From contig MU054187.1 of assembly GCA_013239625.1 (NCBI GenBank), positions 2,737,757 to 2,801,756 on the forward strand: a DNA stretch of 64,000 nucleotides, written 5' to 3'. Source of the DNA: Lama guanicoe. Lineage: Eukaryota. How positions within the stretch are numbered: the stretch's first letter is position 1; the number at the start of each line of letters is the position of its first letter. The notes under the pieces are model-generated. The model ran no database searches and was not told the DNA's origin. It was given only the letters and a program-made list of their open reading frames with translations. This document shows positions 50,301 through 63,100 of the stretch, in pieces. A program made the position numbers and the translations under genes.

Positions 50301-52921
50301 TGAGTAAGACTTGTCCTCCAGAAGAGACTTGTAACCTCAGTGATAATTTTTCCCCTAGTGATGGCTGCACCACAGATCAGACTTCCATAAATGAGGCTTG
50401 TTTCCTGGGAGAGGTCTGTTTGCTTACTGATGCTGTGTCTTCTCATAAGGCTTGTGCTCATGAGGAAAACTATGTCTATGAGACAGCTTGCCCAGTTGAT
50501 GAGGCCTGCATTCCCTTCAAAGTCTGCAATACCAGTAATGTTTTAAATTCCAAAGAAAACACATATACTGATAATTTGGAATTGATTGAAGAGTTAGAAA
50601 GAGTTGATGAAGTTCACAAAGACCTAAATATTTTGGCAGACTCTGGGTGTAAAGATGGCTTTGATATATTGGTGTCACACCAAAATATCAGTAATTTAAG
50701 TCACTGTGTTTCTTCCCAAAGTGCAACTGAACCAGAACTTGATAGGGAACATAATTCTCTGGATGAATGTAAAAACTGTTCATTAAAGAAATTTCAGCAT
50801 AAAAACACAGATACATCTTTTGATAAAGAAGAATCAAAGACTTCTGAAGAACCAGGCTCGGTAACCAGCAGCATGACATCAAGTGAAAGAAACATTTCAG
50901 AATTGGAATCTCTTGAAGAGTTAGAAAAGTGGAACCCTGGTATCTTGAACATAAAGATACATTCAGGAGAGCAAGTTACTGAAGAATCGATCTGGAAGGA
51001 GTTAGAGGCTGGTAAAAATCTGGAATTGATCGAAGTCTCTAGCAGGAATGTTACAGAGGAGGAAAGAAGGAATGGCGTAATTTGTGAGACAGTCAGTAAG
51101 AGGCTGGCAACACCACCATCCTTAGTATTTTGCTATGATTCTAAGCAAAATACTGAAAAGGAGCTCAGTGAAGGAGAAACTAAAATGAGAGTAAAAGAGA
51201 TGGTGAAAAGCATGGAAATGGAAAGTTTTGCAGAGTCTCCTCTTAATTTTAAAAATGGCTTCAAAAGTCCAGTGACTTCTGATTGGTCAGATTATAGACA
51301 AGACAGCGAGACTGAACGGTCATATAAAACATCCAGCGATGGCCCCAGTGACAGTGGTGAGGAGATGGCCCCAGAGAAAGAATATAATAAGGGATTTGTT
51401 AAGCGGACAATAGAAAAGCTTTATGGTAAAGCAGAGATTATGAAGCCATCTTTTTTTCCTGGGTCTCCACACACAGCTCAGGTGTGTCCTTACAATTCTG
51501 TGGAATTTCAGTGTGCTGGGAAAGTAGGTCTTTGTGGTTCTGAAGGTCGGTCATTTGCCTCTTCTGAACAGGTATCTAGTAATTCAACTGTGTTGCAGAA
51601 ATTTCAGGATGAAAGGCAAGATAAATGTGATTTTAATGACGTGAGGGCCAATTATCATGAGGAAGACGTTGTGAAACATGGTACAGAACAAGATGATCAT
51701 GACAGAACCTTCAGGCACAGAGATGAGGGAGTACTGATTGACAAAGGCAGGTGGCTCCTGAAAGAAAATCACTTGCTAAGAATATCATCTCTTGAAAATT
51801 CTGGCATATGTGGCAATGCAGACACCACATCAGTGGATACTCTGCTTGATAATAATAGCAGTGAGGTACTGTATTCACATTTTGGAAATCTGGCCCCAGG
51901 CCCAGACATGGTTGAACTGTCCTCTTCAGAATTGGAGGAATTGACTCAGCCTCCTGAGCTGAGGTGCAGTTACTTTCACATGCCTCATTGTAGCGACTCT
52001 GAGCCTTTTCCTGAGGACTTGCTAGATGTTCAGGATAAAACTTGTGCTAAGGAGAGAATACCGAATCACCATGCAGAGGACAAGGGTAATCACAGGTCAG
52101 AAAGAGTAGTCACAGCTGCCACTCATGTCTTTACATCAGCTGGTAACAAAGTCCACCCTGTCTCTGATGGTGCTGTTAAAAACCAGCCATCGCCTGGTAA
52201 CAGTGTAATCCATGGGGCACTTCAAGAAGGTGACTCTTTGGACAGACTCTATACTATTTGTGGTCAGCATTGCCCGATACTAACTGTTACTATCCAGCCT
52301 GTAAATGAGGAACACCGAGGATTTGCATATTGCAAAGATTCTGATATTGAAAATTCCCTGAGTCTCCAATTGTGGATGAAAATACACCCATATTTACTGC
52401 AGTCAAACAAAAACATGTTCAGAGATGAGAACAGTAAAGCAAGTGGTAGGAGAGCATTTACTGATGATGCCATTGGCAGTACATTGGATTGGCTTTATTT
52501 CAGTAACACATTTGGCTTGATGGATAAAAGAAGAAAATTAAAGAGAATTAACTTCTTGGACTTAGAGGAAGAAAATAATTTAAATAAATTTCAACCGTAT
52601 TTAAAGAATTTCTTGCACACATTGTTAGTTGTGGGTGTTGTGAATTCAAATACACAAGATCCCAGCAATCAGACAAATGAAATTTTTGAAGTAGTTGATG
52701 AGAATAACAACTTATTAAATAACAGATACCAGAGCTCAAGAACAAATCTCAACCAAGTAGTAAGAGAAAATAACTATCATTTCTCCTTTGAAACTCTTGG
52801 CCAAGCCTTCCTATTTTGTCAAGTTGAGACATCCTTAGATATTAGCAACAGAAATAGGTTAGAAATATTTTATATTTTTGAAGATGAAAATCTTGTTATT
52901 TGGGAGGAGGAAAACCATTAA
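47301..52921 (+). CDS. RP1: RP1 exon 4 (giant terminal coding exon)
   Basis: Acceptor ttttgaaAG at 47300, phase-compatible with exon 3 (A|TG). Uninterrupted ORF with RP1 motifs [51 protein letters not shown] and [15 protein letters not shown] at 52919-52921. The non-duplicated CDS totals 6405 nt (2134 aa). Confidence 0.97.
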
Positions 52922-53819
52922 ATTGGACTGATCTTGAAAGCTGTGCTGAACAAGATTTAGAATTTCAATATCAACACAGCCTTTCTTCGTTAGTGTGTTT
53001 TTTACTTATAGAAAGATGAGGCACATGGGATGGATGTGGATTAGAAAAACCTCTGAGAATTAACCACTTCCTCAAAGGAGTGTACCCTGGAAATCCTGCC
53101 ATTGGCTACTCCGATTTGACTCTAATCATTCCTGTGTTCTTCATTTTCCCGACAATCACAGACTCAGTTCCTGTTCTGCTATTTCCGAGGCTCCTGCGTG
53201 TTTTTTTCTTGAACATGTGTAATTTCCTGTTTCTGTTATTTTTCTCCTAGGACATCATAGATGCCCCGAGGACAGGAATTGTATCTTTTTTCCCCTCTTT
53301 TTTAAATCTTGTCAGCTTAGTGCAAAGTATGTATTGAATATACGTATTGGTGAATTAGTGGAATAGACATAGCCTCAAATTCCTTCACCTACTAATTTTA
53401 ACTGGTGACTTGATAAACATATGATGGTAAGGTCTCCACAACGACCTTAAGTTTTTTAGGCCGAACGTGTTGAATCTAGTTTTCTCACAACATCCGTGTA
53501 ATGAGCTCGCAAGCATTTCCATGGGACAGGACTCACCATTTTCCCTCTGACTGGATAAAAGGGATGTTCTACTACTAAGCTGGCTCTCCAGGACTTTGCC
53601 TAGAAATTAGAATCTTTTAAAAACATTAGTAAAATGTCAAGAAATTCAGATAGGTCAGAAACAAATGGCGAAGTTTAAGGCCTGCTCTGTGAAGAAAAAT
53701 GAAAGGAACTGGATGATTTAACTTGGGAAGGAAAAGAGAAAAGTGACCTTGAAATTCTCAAAATTGAAAAAGAACTACTGTGAAGAGGAATTTGACAGAT
53801 TTCTGTGTCCACCTGCATT

Positions 53820-53871
53820 AATAAAAACTTTAGGTGTGAATAAAAACATGTTGCTTAGACAGATAAATAAA
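53820..53871 (+). terminator. RP1: Candidate polyadenylation signals for the exon-4 isoform
   Basis: Three AATAAA hexamers at 53820, 53839 and 53866, ~0.9 kb after the stop codon. Usage cannot be shown from sequence. Confidence 0.35.
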
Positions 53872-54352
53872 TTTGATTAGACTCTGAAGCGTAGATTGTC
53901 TCTTTTGAATACTTGTGGTAGTTTGCTTGGGACTTAGCCAGGGGATCTTTTAAGATTCCTTGTTCTTCGTGACTATGTGATAGTATAGAAACAAGTCATA
54001 AAATGTTGAAATCAGTGTCTTATCTGGAACTGACTCAAAGCAGAAAAATTAGTATTTGGAGCAACACATGGAGGTGCTAAAACAGCATAAATTTGGTATT
54101 GGGGAACTAAAAGCAATTACTTACATAAAGAATGCCTTTGGTTTCAATTCAGCATGAGTCATAAGTCCATAAAAAATTATGAGTTGCTATTTATTTAACC
54201 AGATGAAGGCGACTTCTACATAGAGTATGATTTTTTCCTTCAGTAAGTGATGCACTCTTCTGACTGAAATATGGAAGGTGTAATGTTCTGTAACCATCTA
54301 TGAGCAGTGAGAAATTTTGGTGAAATAAAAGGGCTGAAATTGTGGAGAAATA

Positions 54353-54768
54353 CATGCACTTAGCTTTATTGCACTTTGCAGATAGTGTTTTTTACAAATT
54401 GAAGGTTTGTGGCAACCTTACTTTGCCCAAGTCCATCAGCCACATCCCACCTCGTTTGCTCACTTTGTGTCTGTCATGTTCAGGTAATTCTTGCAATGTT
54501 TCAGACTTCATTATTAATATTTGTTATGGTAATTGTGATCAGTGATCTTTGATGTTATTATTGCAATTGTTTTTTGTTTTTTATTTAAAAATTACGGCGT
54601 GTACGATATTTTTTAGACATCATGCTATTACATGCTTAATAGGCTACAGTGTGAATATAACTTAGGGGCACAGGGAAGGCCCTGAGTTAACATGACTCGC
54701 TTTATTGTGATACTTGTTTTATTGCAGCGCTCTAAAATTGAACCTGCAGTATCTCCCAGGTATGCCTG
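54353..54768 (+). mobile_element. Internally deleted Tigger1 (TcMar) DNA transposon
   Basis: Left end 'gctttattgcactttgcagatagtgttttttacaaattgaaggtttgtggcaacc' and right end 'gaacctgcagtatctcccaggtatgcctg', with TA on both sides. Confidence 0.85.
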
Positions 54769-54789
54769 TAATGCAAAGGGGAGAAGAAT

Positions 54790-55007
54790 TAACATTAATG
54801 TTGTGCTTACTGTATACCAGGGACTGCAGTAATCTTACGGCTTTTTATATGTAATCCTTCCTCATGACACTGAGTTTAGCTTTGTTCCCTTTTTATGGGT
54901 GAGAGAACCTAGCAGCAGGGGGGTAAAGTACTTCCGTCAGTGGTGACAGGTATGTCGAGATTTCAACCCAGTTCTTTGTCTTGAAAGTCAGTGCTCTTTT
55001 TACTACA
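54790..55007 (-). mobile_element. MIR SINE
   Basis: 'gtgcttactgtataccaggg...ccctttttatgggtgagagaac...gagatttcaacccagttctttgtcttgaaagtcagtgctct'. Confidence 0.6.
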
Positions 55008-55689
55008 TTTTTATTCTTTTCACGTGAGGAAGAAAGTAAAATGATTTAAAAATTATTAGCATTCTCCCCAGAGCAGAGAGACAAGGGAATTATTTTTCTT
55101 TTTAATTTGGAAGGAGTGGTATTTAGATGTACCAAGGAGACTGAGCAAATCACTGATAGCAACCAGGAGTTCTTAGAAGAATGTGGCGTGCAGCGGCATG
55201 TGGATATGTAATTCTGCATCAGGCAGTGCCCTGGGCCCCAGATGAAACTGGGAGGGACGTACGTGAATGAGTAATGCCTGACTGCGCCGTGTACTTCCTT
55301 CAAGTGAACACGTTCAGAGGTGGGGGCCACAGCTTACCCATGTCTGCTCCCCAGATCCAGCGCGTCACCGGAGACGCGGTAAATGCGTGTCGGGTGGATG
55401 AGACATGCTTGTGAGTGCTCGCTCTTTACCTCTTTCTAACTTTGAATCCATACATGAAGAAAGACACGCAGAGATGCTGAGGGATAGAACTAATAAGTTC
55501 CTTGTATTTTATGAAGCAGTATTTCAATCGTCCTTTAAAATGTCTATGCAAATGACTTTTTAAAAAAAACCTCAAAGGCCGTTTTTATTTTCACAAGGCT
55601 TGGATTTAAAGAAATCCTGAAACACTGAGATTTAGGAGACTAAATGTAACATTAGGGAAATTGAAGAACCCTGCCCCGCCCTGGCTTTA

Positions 55690-56330
55690 TCCCTAGGGGT
55701 GAAGTGCTTAGGGCGGAGGGCGGCATTCCCCCCGCGGTGCTCAGGGGACCACGTGGGGCGGGAGGTGCGGTTACCGCTCGTGTCCACCAGGTGGCGGCGG
55801 CGCCCCGCGCTGGCAGAGGCCGCGCGCTCGGGGGCGAGGCTAGCCCGGCGCGGGGCGTGCGCCCAGCCGGGGGCCGGTCCCGGGCCCGCCTGCCTCTGCG
55901 TGCAGCGAGCCAGGGCCCAGTTGTGCAGGCCCCGCCCCGGCCCCGCGCCCCAGTCTTCAGTCCGGAGGGGCAGCAGCGTTCAGGGCGAAGGAAATACGCG
56001 GTTAGGAGCTCAAGTTCACAAGCCGAGGGGAAGTGAATTAAATGCCCGCGATGGAGAACTGGCCGTGGGTCCGAGGAGGGGCGCGGGGAGCGGGGCCGCC
56101 GCACGGCCGAGCTCCGAGGCCGGGGCTGGGGGCGCCGTGTTCTCCCGGAGCCGTCGGGCGGCTCCCCTGGGGCCCCGTCCGGACGCAGAGCAGGCTGCGG
56201 GGCGCGGTCCCCGCGGCGGCGCCCTGGTCCCGCCTGGGCGGCAGGCGGGCGCCTTCGGGCCTTCGAGGGGCCGCTTTCGAGGCCCTGCGCGGGGCCGCGT
56301 GGGGGCGCGCGGGCCCAGGGCGGGTGAATT
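55690..56330. promoter_or_regulatory. CpG island 3' of exon 4 with a strong CTCF motif (CCACCAGGTGGCGG, 55784-55797)
   Basis: Very high GC and CpG; consensus CTCF core plus an upstream TGCGGTTACC element. Confidence 0.7.
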
Positions 56331-57319
56331 TTTTAAGCCATTAGTGCTAATTCCCTTGATGTGCTTTAACCAAGGTGGTGGTTTCCTAATGAAGACGTGT
56401 TTAGCGCCATGGATGCTAAGCTATGTAAAAGAAATGTGGTAATTCCACCATTTATTCATGGGACCCTTGATAAAGGTGAAGGTGACTAACCTTGAGTCCT
56501 GCTTGGCGCCAAATCGTGGGTGATAGCGTGTCGTTTTAGCAGCGGGAGACTGAGGTTCTTTCGTGGAAGTATTTAAAATAACACGTACACACGCACGCAC
56601 GCACAACAGTGGGGAAAAGGATGCTGAAGCGAACATGAGTCTGTCCAGGACAACGATTAGTTACATTCCATTGGACACAACTAATTTATATGTCTGAACG
56701 TGAATAATCTGTGTTATCATTAGGTTTGTTTTTTGTTTGCTTTACAATTCACAGAATTTTAAGATCGCTCAACGATAATGAAAAGCAGGGTAGCGCCCTA
56801 GACTGCTTGAGGAGGGAGTCAGTAATTTTTTGGGTCCATTTCAAGATGTTTCACATTTTTTCCAGACAAAGCCTTTGTTTTCCAATGACTTAAATGCTAA
56901 ATTATTAAGCAACTATTCCTAAATAGGAAACAGTGTATCACTGAAAAAGTTTTTTAAAAATTAAATAACACAACAACAAACCCTCTAAGAGGGGTCAGTC
57001 TTAGTGTATGTGATGGTTTAAGGCAAATCTGTCCGTCCTGTGGTTGGGCCTGTAGTTCTGGGTCAGCAGTAATCAGCACAGATTTTAAACGTAATGAATA
57101 TAGTGACTGATTTTAATAATCGGAATTCTTCCTAAAGGATACCGCGTCAGCCTATCCTCTATACACACGCATTTTCAATACTTTACCGATTTTTACCTTC
57201 TGGTTCATGCACAGAGATGATCATAACAATAACAGCAACAACAAAAACAACAAAGGTTAATAGAGTAAAAATTATTTACCTGTCTTTCCTTTTGTGAGTA
57301 AGTCTTATCTTTCGTTTTT

Positions 57320-58290
57320 CTTTTTCTCCCCGCCTTACTGAGATATGAATGACGCATAACACTGTGTAAGTTCATGGTGTTCAGTGTGGTCATCTGATAC
57401 ACACATATAAAGGGAAGCGTTTGCCGCATGAGGGTACTTGACACATCCTCCGCCTCACTTGTGGCTGTTCTGCTGTCGTCATGATGAGCACGTTAACGCT
57501 CTGCCCTCACAGCGACTTTCAAGCGCTCCGTTCAGTATTGTTAACTGTGGTCGCCATGCTGAGAGTTAGGTCCCCAGAACTTACTCATCCTGCACCTGGA
57601 AGTTGTACCCTTTGACTGACATCTTCCCATTTTGCTCGTCCTTCAGCCCCTGCAGCCGCTGTTCTACTCTCCATTTCTGTAAGTTCCGTGTTTTTAGATT
57701 CCACCTGTAAGTGAGATCACACAGTATTTGTCTTTATCTGCCTGTTTTAGTTCACTTAGCACAGTGCCCTCAAGGTCCATCCACGTTGTCACAAATGGCA
57801 GAAATTCCTTCATTTTTTAGTGGCTGAATAATGTCCCATTTTAAAGATACATGTGTGTAATATAGCCCAATAACAAGGTTTTATTTTATTTTATTTTATG
57901 AGTTTTATAGTTTTAGTTCTTACCTTTGGTCTATTTGACCCACTTAAACCTACTTTTTGTACATGGTGGTAGGTAAGGGCCAAGTTTCACTTAATTTCAT
58001 ACAGGTATGCAATTATTCCATCACCCTTTGTTGAGAAGACTATCCTTTTCCCATTGAAATACTTTGAATTGAGTAGACAAGACTCTTGTTGACAATCACT
58101 CAGCTATACATGTGGGGGAGTATTTCTGCACTCTGTTTTAGTTCATCGATCTCTGTGACTGCTTGTATGCCAAACACGTTGTCTTCATTACTGCAGCTTC
58201 ATAATAAGCCTTGAAACAGTGCAAAATTTTCCAACTTTGTTCTCTTTCAAAATTGCTCTGGTTAGTCTGAGTTCTTTGTTTCCCTCTCCT
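57320..58290 (-). mobile_element. LINE-1 fragments (3'UTR and ORF2)
   Basis: 'ttagattccacctgtaagtgagatcacacagtatttgtctt' and 'ttgttgagaagactatccttttcccattgaa'. Confidence 0.85.
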
Positions 58291-59636
58291 TCAAACTCTG
58301 CTTGACCAGCTGGAGACCAAAGCCCTGAGTACCTAGCATGGAATTTTCTGCCACTGCCGAGTACACAGCCGGGGAAGTAGCCATGGATAACATGAAAAGA
58401 TGCAGGAGTCAGGTCCGCGCAGTGTGCGAAGGCAGTGTCAGCGGATGCTGCAGAGTGACACACGCGGGGACCCTGCCCGTCTGCGCGGCAGTCCCTCTCT
58501 GTCTTGGACTCTCACGTTGGCATTTTGCTACTTTAGGGGATAGAGAGTGAAAAGAAAGGCTTTCCTGGCACGAGTAGAGAAACGGTTCTCTTCCAATAGT
58601 TCTACGCCTCCTTCTGCTCAGAGGCTCCTTGTTACACGGCGCCTTCAATCTTCTTCAGACAGTGGGGGCTGGGTCACGGCCCTCTGCTCGTTGCCTTGCT
58701 GGGAACACATTTTCCAGTGGCTTAATCCCAAGCCCTTGTGTTTTCTATGTGGCCAACACCCACAAGCATACATGTCCTGTGGACACCCCCGACATCCAGC
58801 GGCCACGCTGTCCCGGGGCTGCCCCTCTCTTGCTGTCCTTACCATGGTGGGGGCCCAATTGCAGTCACTCAGTATGAGGACAGTGACAGGCACTAATGCT
58901 CTGATTTTCTGCTTCAGGGGATTAATTCTTATTTATGTAGACGTTTTATTCTTTGAAATTTATGAAGTTGATAGCAGTATTTATTTGCAATGCTTAAGTG
59001 ACTTATAAGCCTAATTTATTCCTCCTCAACTGTTTCTTTTTTCATTATTGCCTTCTATTAATGAGAGAAACTGAGTGCTAAGGAATAATACCTTGTTGGG
59101 TAGGGTTGAGTGTCGCAGAGCCGCGGACCACTGTAACACTGAAGCTTCTTGCCCTCCAGGGGCCAGCGTTCCTCCTTCGGGAGTGATGCTGCCCCCTGCT
59201 GGGACTGCATGGTCGGCTCCGTAGAAAAGAGGTTAATTCTACATGATGACACCGATAATAGTAACTTCCCCGTATGAAGTGACTTAGTACCAAACGCTGT
59301 GCCATGTGCTTACCCAGTTTTACCTTGTGTCGCTCTCGTAAAAACCATGAGTGTGTAATGTCCATTTTCCGAATGAAGAAACTGCAGTGGAGAGGTTGCT
59401 ACCTGATCTAAAACTTCGTTTCAAAGTGCAGATGTCTGGGTGGTTTTGCGTGGCCCTCAGAGATCGTCTCTTTCTGCTGCTCTCGACTCCTCGCAATGAC
59501 ACTGTTCAAGTTAGTTGGAAAGTCACGTCGTTCTGTGGCCAGAGGTCCACGGTTTATTGCGGGGCTTCAAGTCCCACACATTGACTTCTAGGAACGTTTC
59601 TGTTCTTCCTGTTTGGCATTGCTGGTAGGTCGTCAG

Positions 59637-59656
59637 ATATATATATATATATATAT
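59637..59656. repeat. (TA)n microsatellite
   Basis: Directly visible. Confidence 0.9.
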
Positions 59657-60769
59657 GTATTTAAATTGAACAGGCAAGACTTTTGTACTTTTGGTCTGTG
59701 ACTTGTTTGTAGTTTACTGGGAGGAACAGTTGGCACGTGATTGTAAGGACCCTGAAAACATAAAGCATAAATCTAGAGAGGATTTGTAGAGTCACAGGCT
59801 GAAGACATGCTGTTTTGGAGGCATCCAGACACACGCTTCCCTCGTCCTGATGCTCCTGAAGCGCTCCTCCTCTGTGCTGCACGGTCAGCTCATCACTACA
59901 CTTACATCCGCTTTCCCTTTTACATATTTTCCTGTTTAAGAAGGTAAGAGTCATATGGCAGATGATGAAAACCAAGTAGAATAGACCAAAATAAGATGCA
60001 AAGTTAGCCTTTCCCCAGCTCCAGCTTCTGAGCTCTGCTCAAAGGCAGTTTCAGTTTTTCCCCTTAAATTTTAAATGCGTTTGTCAGCCTGTGTAAATGG
60101 ATCTAGGGACATCCTTTTTATTTACAGACTTGGGTAGAGAATATAGTATTCAAACTGTGCCTTATTTTGCTTTAGTCTTTCTTTCAAAAGTGTTATGTTG
60201 TGTAGCATTTCAATGTGGCTGTTTCATTATTTCGGTGACTCATGTGTAGTACAAGACACACGGCTGTGTCCAAATAGTCACCCTTCCAAGGAGTCTTTGG
60301 AAGAACGTCCCCAGTGCACAGAGTTCGGCCTCTTTGTGGGTGTATTTGTGCAGTGAGCCTGTTGGGTCAAACGGTATGTGCATTGTCAGTTTTCATAGAT
60401 TTGCCAAATTGCCCTTCAGAAAGGGTACAGGAGACTACGCCGATGCCAGACGGGGTGAGAAGGCGCCTCTCACGGCGCCCGGTATTCTGAAATGAGAGGC
60501 TTTGCCCACCTGGCACGTGAGCGGTGGTCTGGTTTGGTTTGCCTGCATGTAGTTGGCATGCTTTCTGTTTCTTTGCTGCTTGCGTGTGTTTTAATGAATT
60601 GCTGATTCATGTTTTGCCCACTTTTCTATTGTGGAGTCCATGTTTAGTTTTGTTTTATTAATTGTGTGAGCTGTTTGCAAATGAAAGAAATTAGTCCTTT
60701 TTCATTTGTATGGCAGTTCCCCCCCTCAGCTTGACCATTTTAGTTAAGGCTTTTACAAGTTTTTTTTTT

Positions 60770-61180
60770 ATTTAATGTTTTAAACAATCAATTGTATTGA
60801 GGTATAATTTACAGAAATAAATGCACATATTTTAGGTCTATGCTGTTGACAGTTGCGTTCACCTGTGTAACCACCACTTCAGTCAAGACAGAAGAATTCT
60901 GTCATCCCAGAGAGTTTCTTCACACGTTTTTGCAGAGACTTTCACCATCCCTGCCCCTAGGAAAGAACTTACTTGTTTTATGTGACTACAAATAAATCCA
61001 CCTTTCCTGGAGCTCCTTGTATGGGGTCACAAAGCATATGCTCTTTTGTGACTAGGATTTTGATCAGCATAAAGCTTGATATTCATCCAGATTTTCCTGT
61101 GTACCAGTAGTCAGTCGTTTATCAAGTGCTGAGTTGTATTAATTTATGTAACACAATTTGCTTATATAGTCACTTGTTGA
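60770..61180 (-). mobile_element. Old LINE-1 3' end
   Basis: 'ttgtattgaggtataatttacagaaataaatgcacatattttag...cacctgtgtaaccaccacttcagtcaagacagaaga'. Confidence 0.75.
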
Positions 61181-61182
61181 AT

Positions 61183-62590
61183 TACTGTCCAAGGACCGCT
61201 GTAACAAATTAACATCATCAGGGTGGCTTGAAAAAAATAAGAATTTATTCTCTCATAGTTCTAAATGCTAGAAGTCTGAGTTCTTTGCCTTGCTGCTGGG
61301 TATTTCCAGTCTCTGCCTGGAATTCCCCCTCCTTCCGCCTCTGTGTGTTTTGTCTTTTTAAAAGACCTAGTCATCATTGACTAATCCCGCCCTAGTCAAG
61401 TGTGACTTCACCTTAACTAATTATGTCTGCAATGATGCTATTTCCAAATAAGGTCACATTCACAGGGAGCAGGAATAAGGACTTGAACATCTTTTTGGGG
61501 ACACAGCTTAACCCACAAGAGTTCTCCTTTTGGCCCTGGAAAATTCATGCCCTTCTCCTATGTGAAGTACGCTTACCACATCCCAGCATGCCCCAAAGTC
61601 TGAATCATTCCAGCATCAACTTTAAGCCCAAAATATCACTTAAATATAATCCTCTCAAAAAATTTGGACTCCCGTCTTTGAAGATATCACCTAAATCAGG
61701 TATGGGTGAGACACTGGGTACAATCCATCCTGGGCCCAAATTTCTCAGCACCCACAGACCCGTGGAACTAGAAGACAAGTTGTCTGCCTCCCAGATACAA
61801 CGGTGGAACGTGCGTGGACTAGACACTCTCATTCCAGGAGGGAGAAGTCAGAAGGGAAAGGGGGTCACATGTCCCAAGCAAGTCTGAAACCCAGGTTGGC
61901 AAATTCCATCAGATTTAAGGGCCTGAGAGTAATTCTCTATGGTTTTGTTGCTTTGCTCTCTGGGCCCTGCTGGGGCAACACCCTGCTCCTCACGGCTCCC
62001 CAGGGCGGCAGCCCTGCCCTCTCAGCCCACCAGGGCAGCGGCACCACCGTCTTGGCCCAAAGAGTCATGCTTCCTTCATTTCGTCCCATCTTTGTCCTTT
62101 CCATCTGCTAGAATAAAAATTTTTGAGAACCTTGTTGGTCTTCTGTGGATGCTGTGGGGCCCACGTCACTAGACACAAACGTCCCCACACGTCCTTCCTG
62201 GGTAACTCCATCTTCACTCCCGGCTTCTGCCTGGATCCTTAAACCACATGCCTAATCTCTTGAGCAAATAGTTTTCTTGTCCTTGGCTCTGCTTCCAGAA
62301 CAAGATATGTGGACAGATCGAGAATTTTCCAAATCAGCGAGGGCTGGTTCCTTTTTACTTAGCAGTTCCTTCCTCTGTTTCTCTTTCCTCTTAAATTTCA
62401 CCATAAGCAGCAAGGAGAGAGCAGGGCACACCTGCCACACTTCGACTGGAAAGCTCCTCCGGTAGACGTCTAAGTTCATCGCTTGTAAGTTCTGTTTCCA
62501 CCGCTGAGTAACAGAGCACAATTCCGCCGAGTTCTCTGCCAGCTGTAACGAGAACTGCCTTTACTCCGCTTTCTGGTAAGACTGTTCCTC
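61183..62590 (-). mobile_element. MaLR element: LTR (~61183-61518) plus internal sequence
   Basis: LTR 'gctgtaacaaatt...ggtggcttg...aatttattctctcatagttct...ctatttccaaataaggtcacattcacagg...catctttttggggacaca', followed by MLT/MST-int-like 'ccccaaagtctgaatcattccagcatcaactttaag'. Confidence 0.75.
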
Positions 62591-62594
62591 ATTT

Positions 62595-63100
62595 TCATCC
62601 TTTCCAGTAATGAGTTTCTACCATGAATGGGTATTTAATTTTTTCAAGTTTTTTTTTTTTTTCCGGATACCTACTGAAGCGATCAGACACAGGTCCTTCT
62701 GTTCTGCTAATGTGGTGACTTGCATTGATCTCTAAGTGTTGAAAAGCCGTGCACTCCTGGGATAAACCCAAAGGTTGCAGTTGACTCGATTTCCTCGTGT
62801 TTTGTTGAGAAGATTTCCACATATGTTCATCTTGCTCTGTAGTTTTCTTGTTATGCCTTCGTCTGAATTTGGTATCAGAGTGATGCTCGTCTCACATGAT
62901 GGGCTGGGAAGTATTCCAAAGGGTTTGTGTCGGATTGGCATCCTTTGTTTCTTAAAGGTTTGGAAGAAGATTCACCATCTGGGCCTGTAGTTATTTGTGA
63001 AAAAGATTTAACTATAAATTAATTATTATTTCTTAGAAGATAAAGGGCTATTCAAAATTTCTAGTTGTTTTGTGTATGTTTTGATAATTTGAGTATTTCA
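62595..63100 (-). mobile_element. Old LINE-1 ORF2 fragment
   Basis: ORF 62732-62941 (-) ILPSPSCETSITLIPNSDEGITRK resembles L1 RT LPNSFYEASITLIPKP. Confidence 0.75.

Noticed and set aside
55127..55272. Possible downstream RP1 exon after 'atttAG'
   Set aside because: Poor polypyrimidine tract. In the phase required by exon 3 it stops after ~16 codons and shows no PLAT motif.
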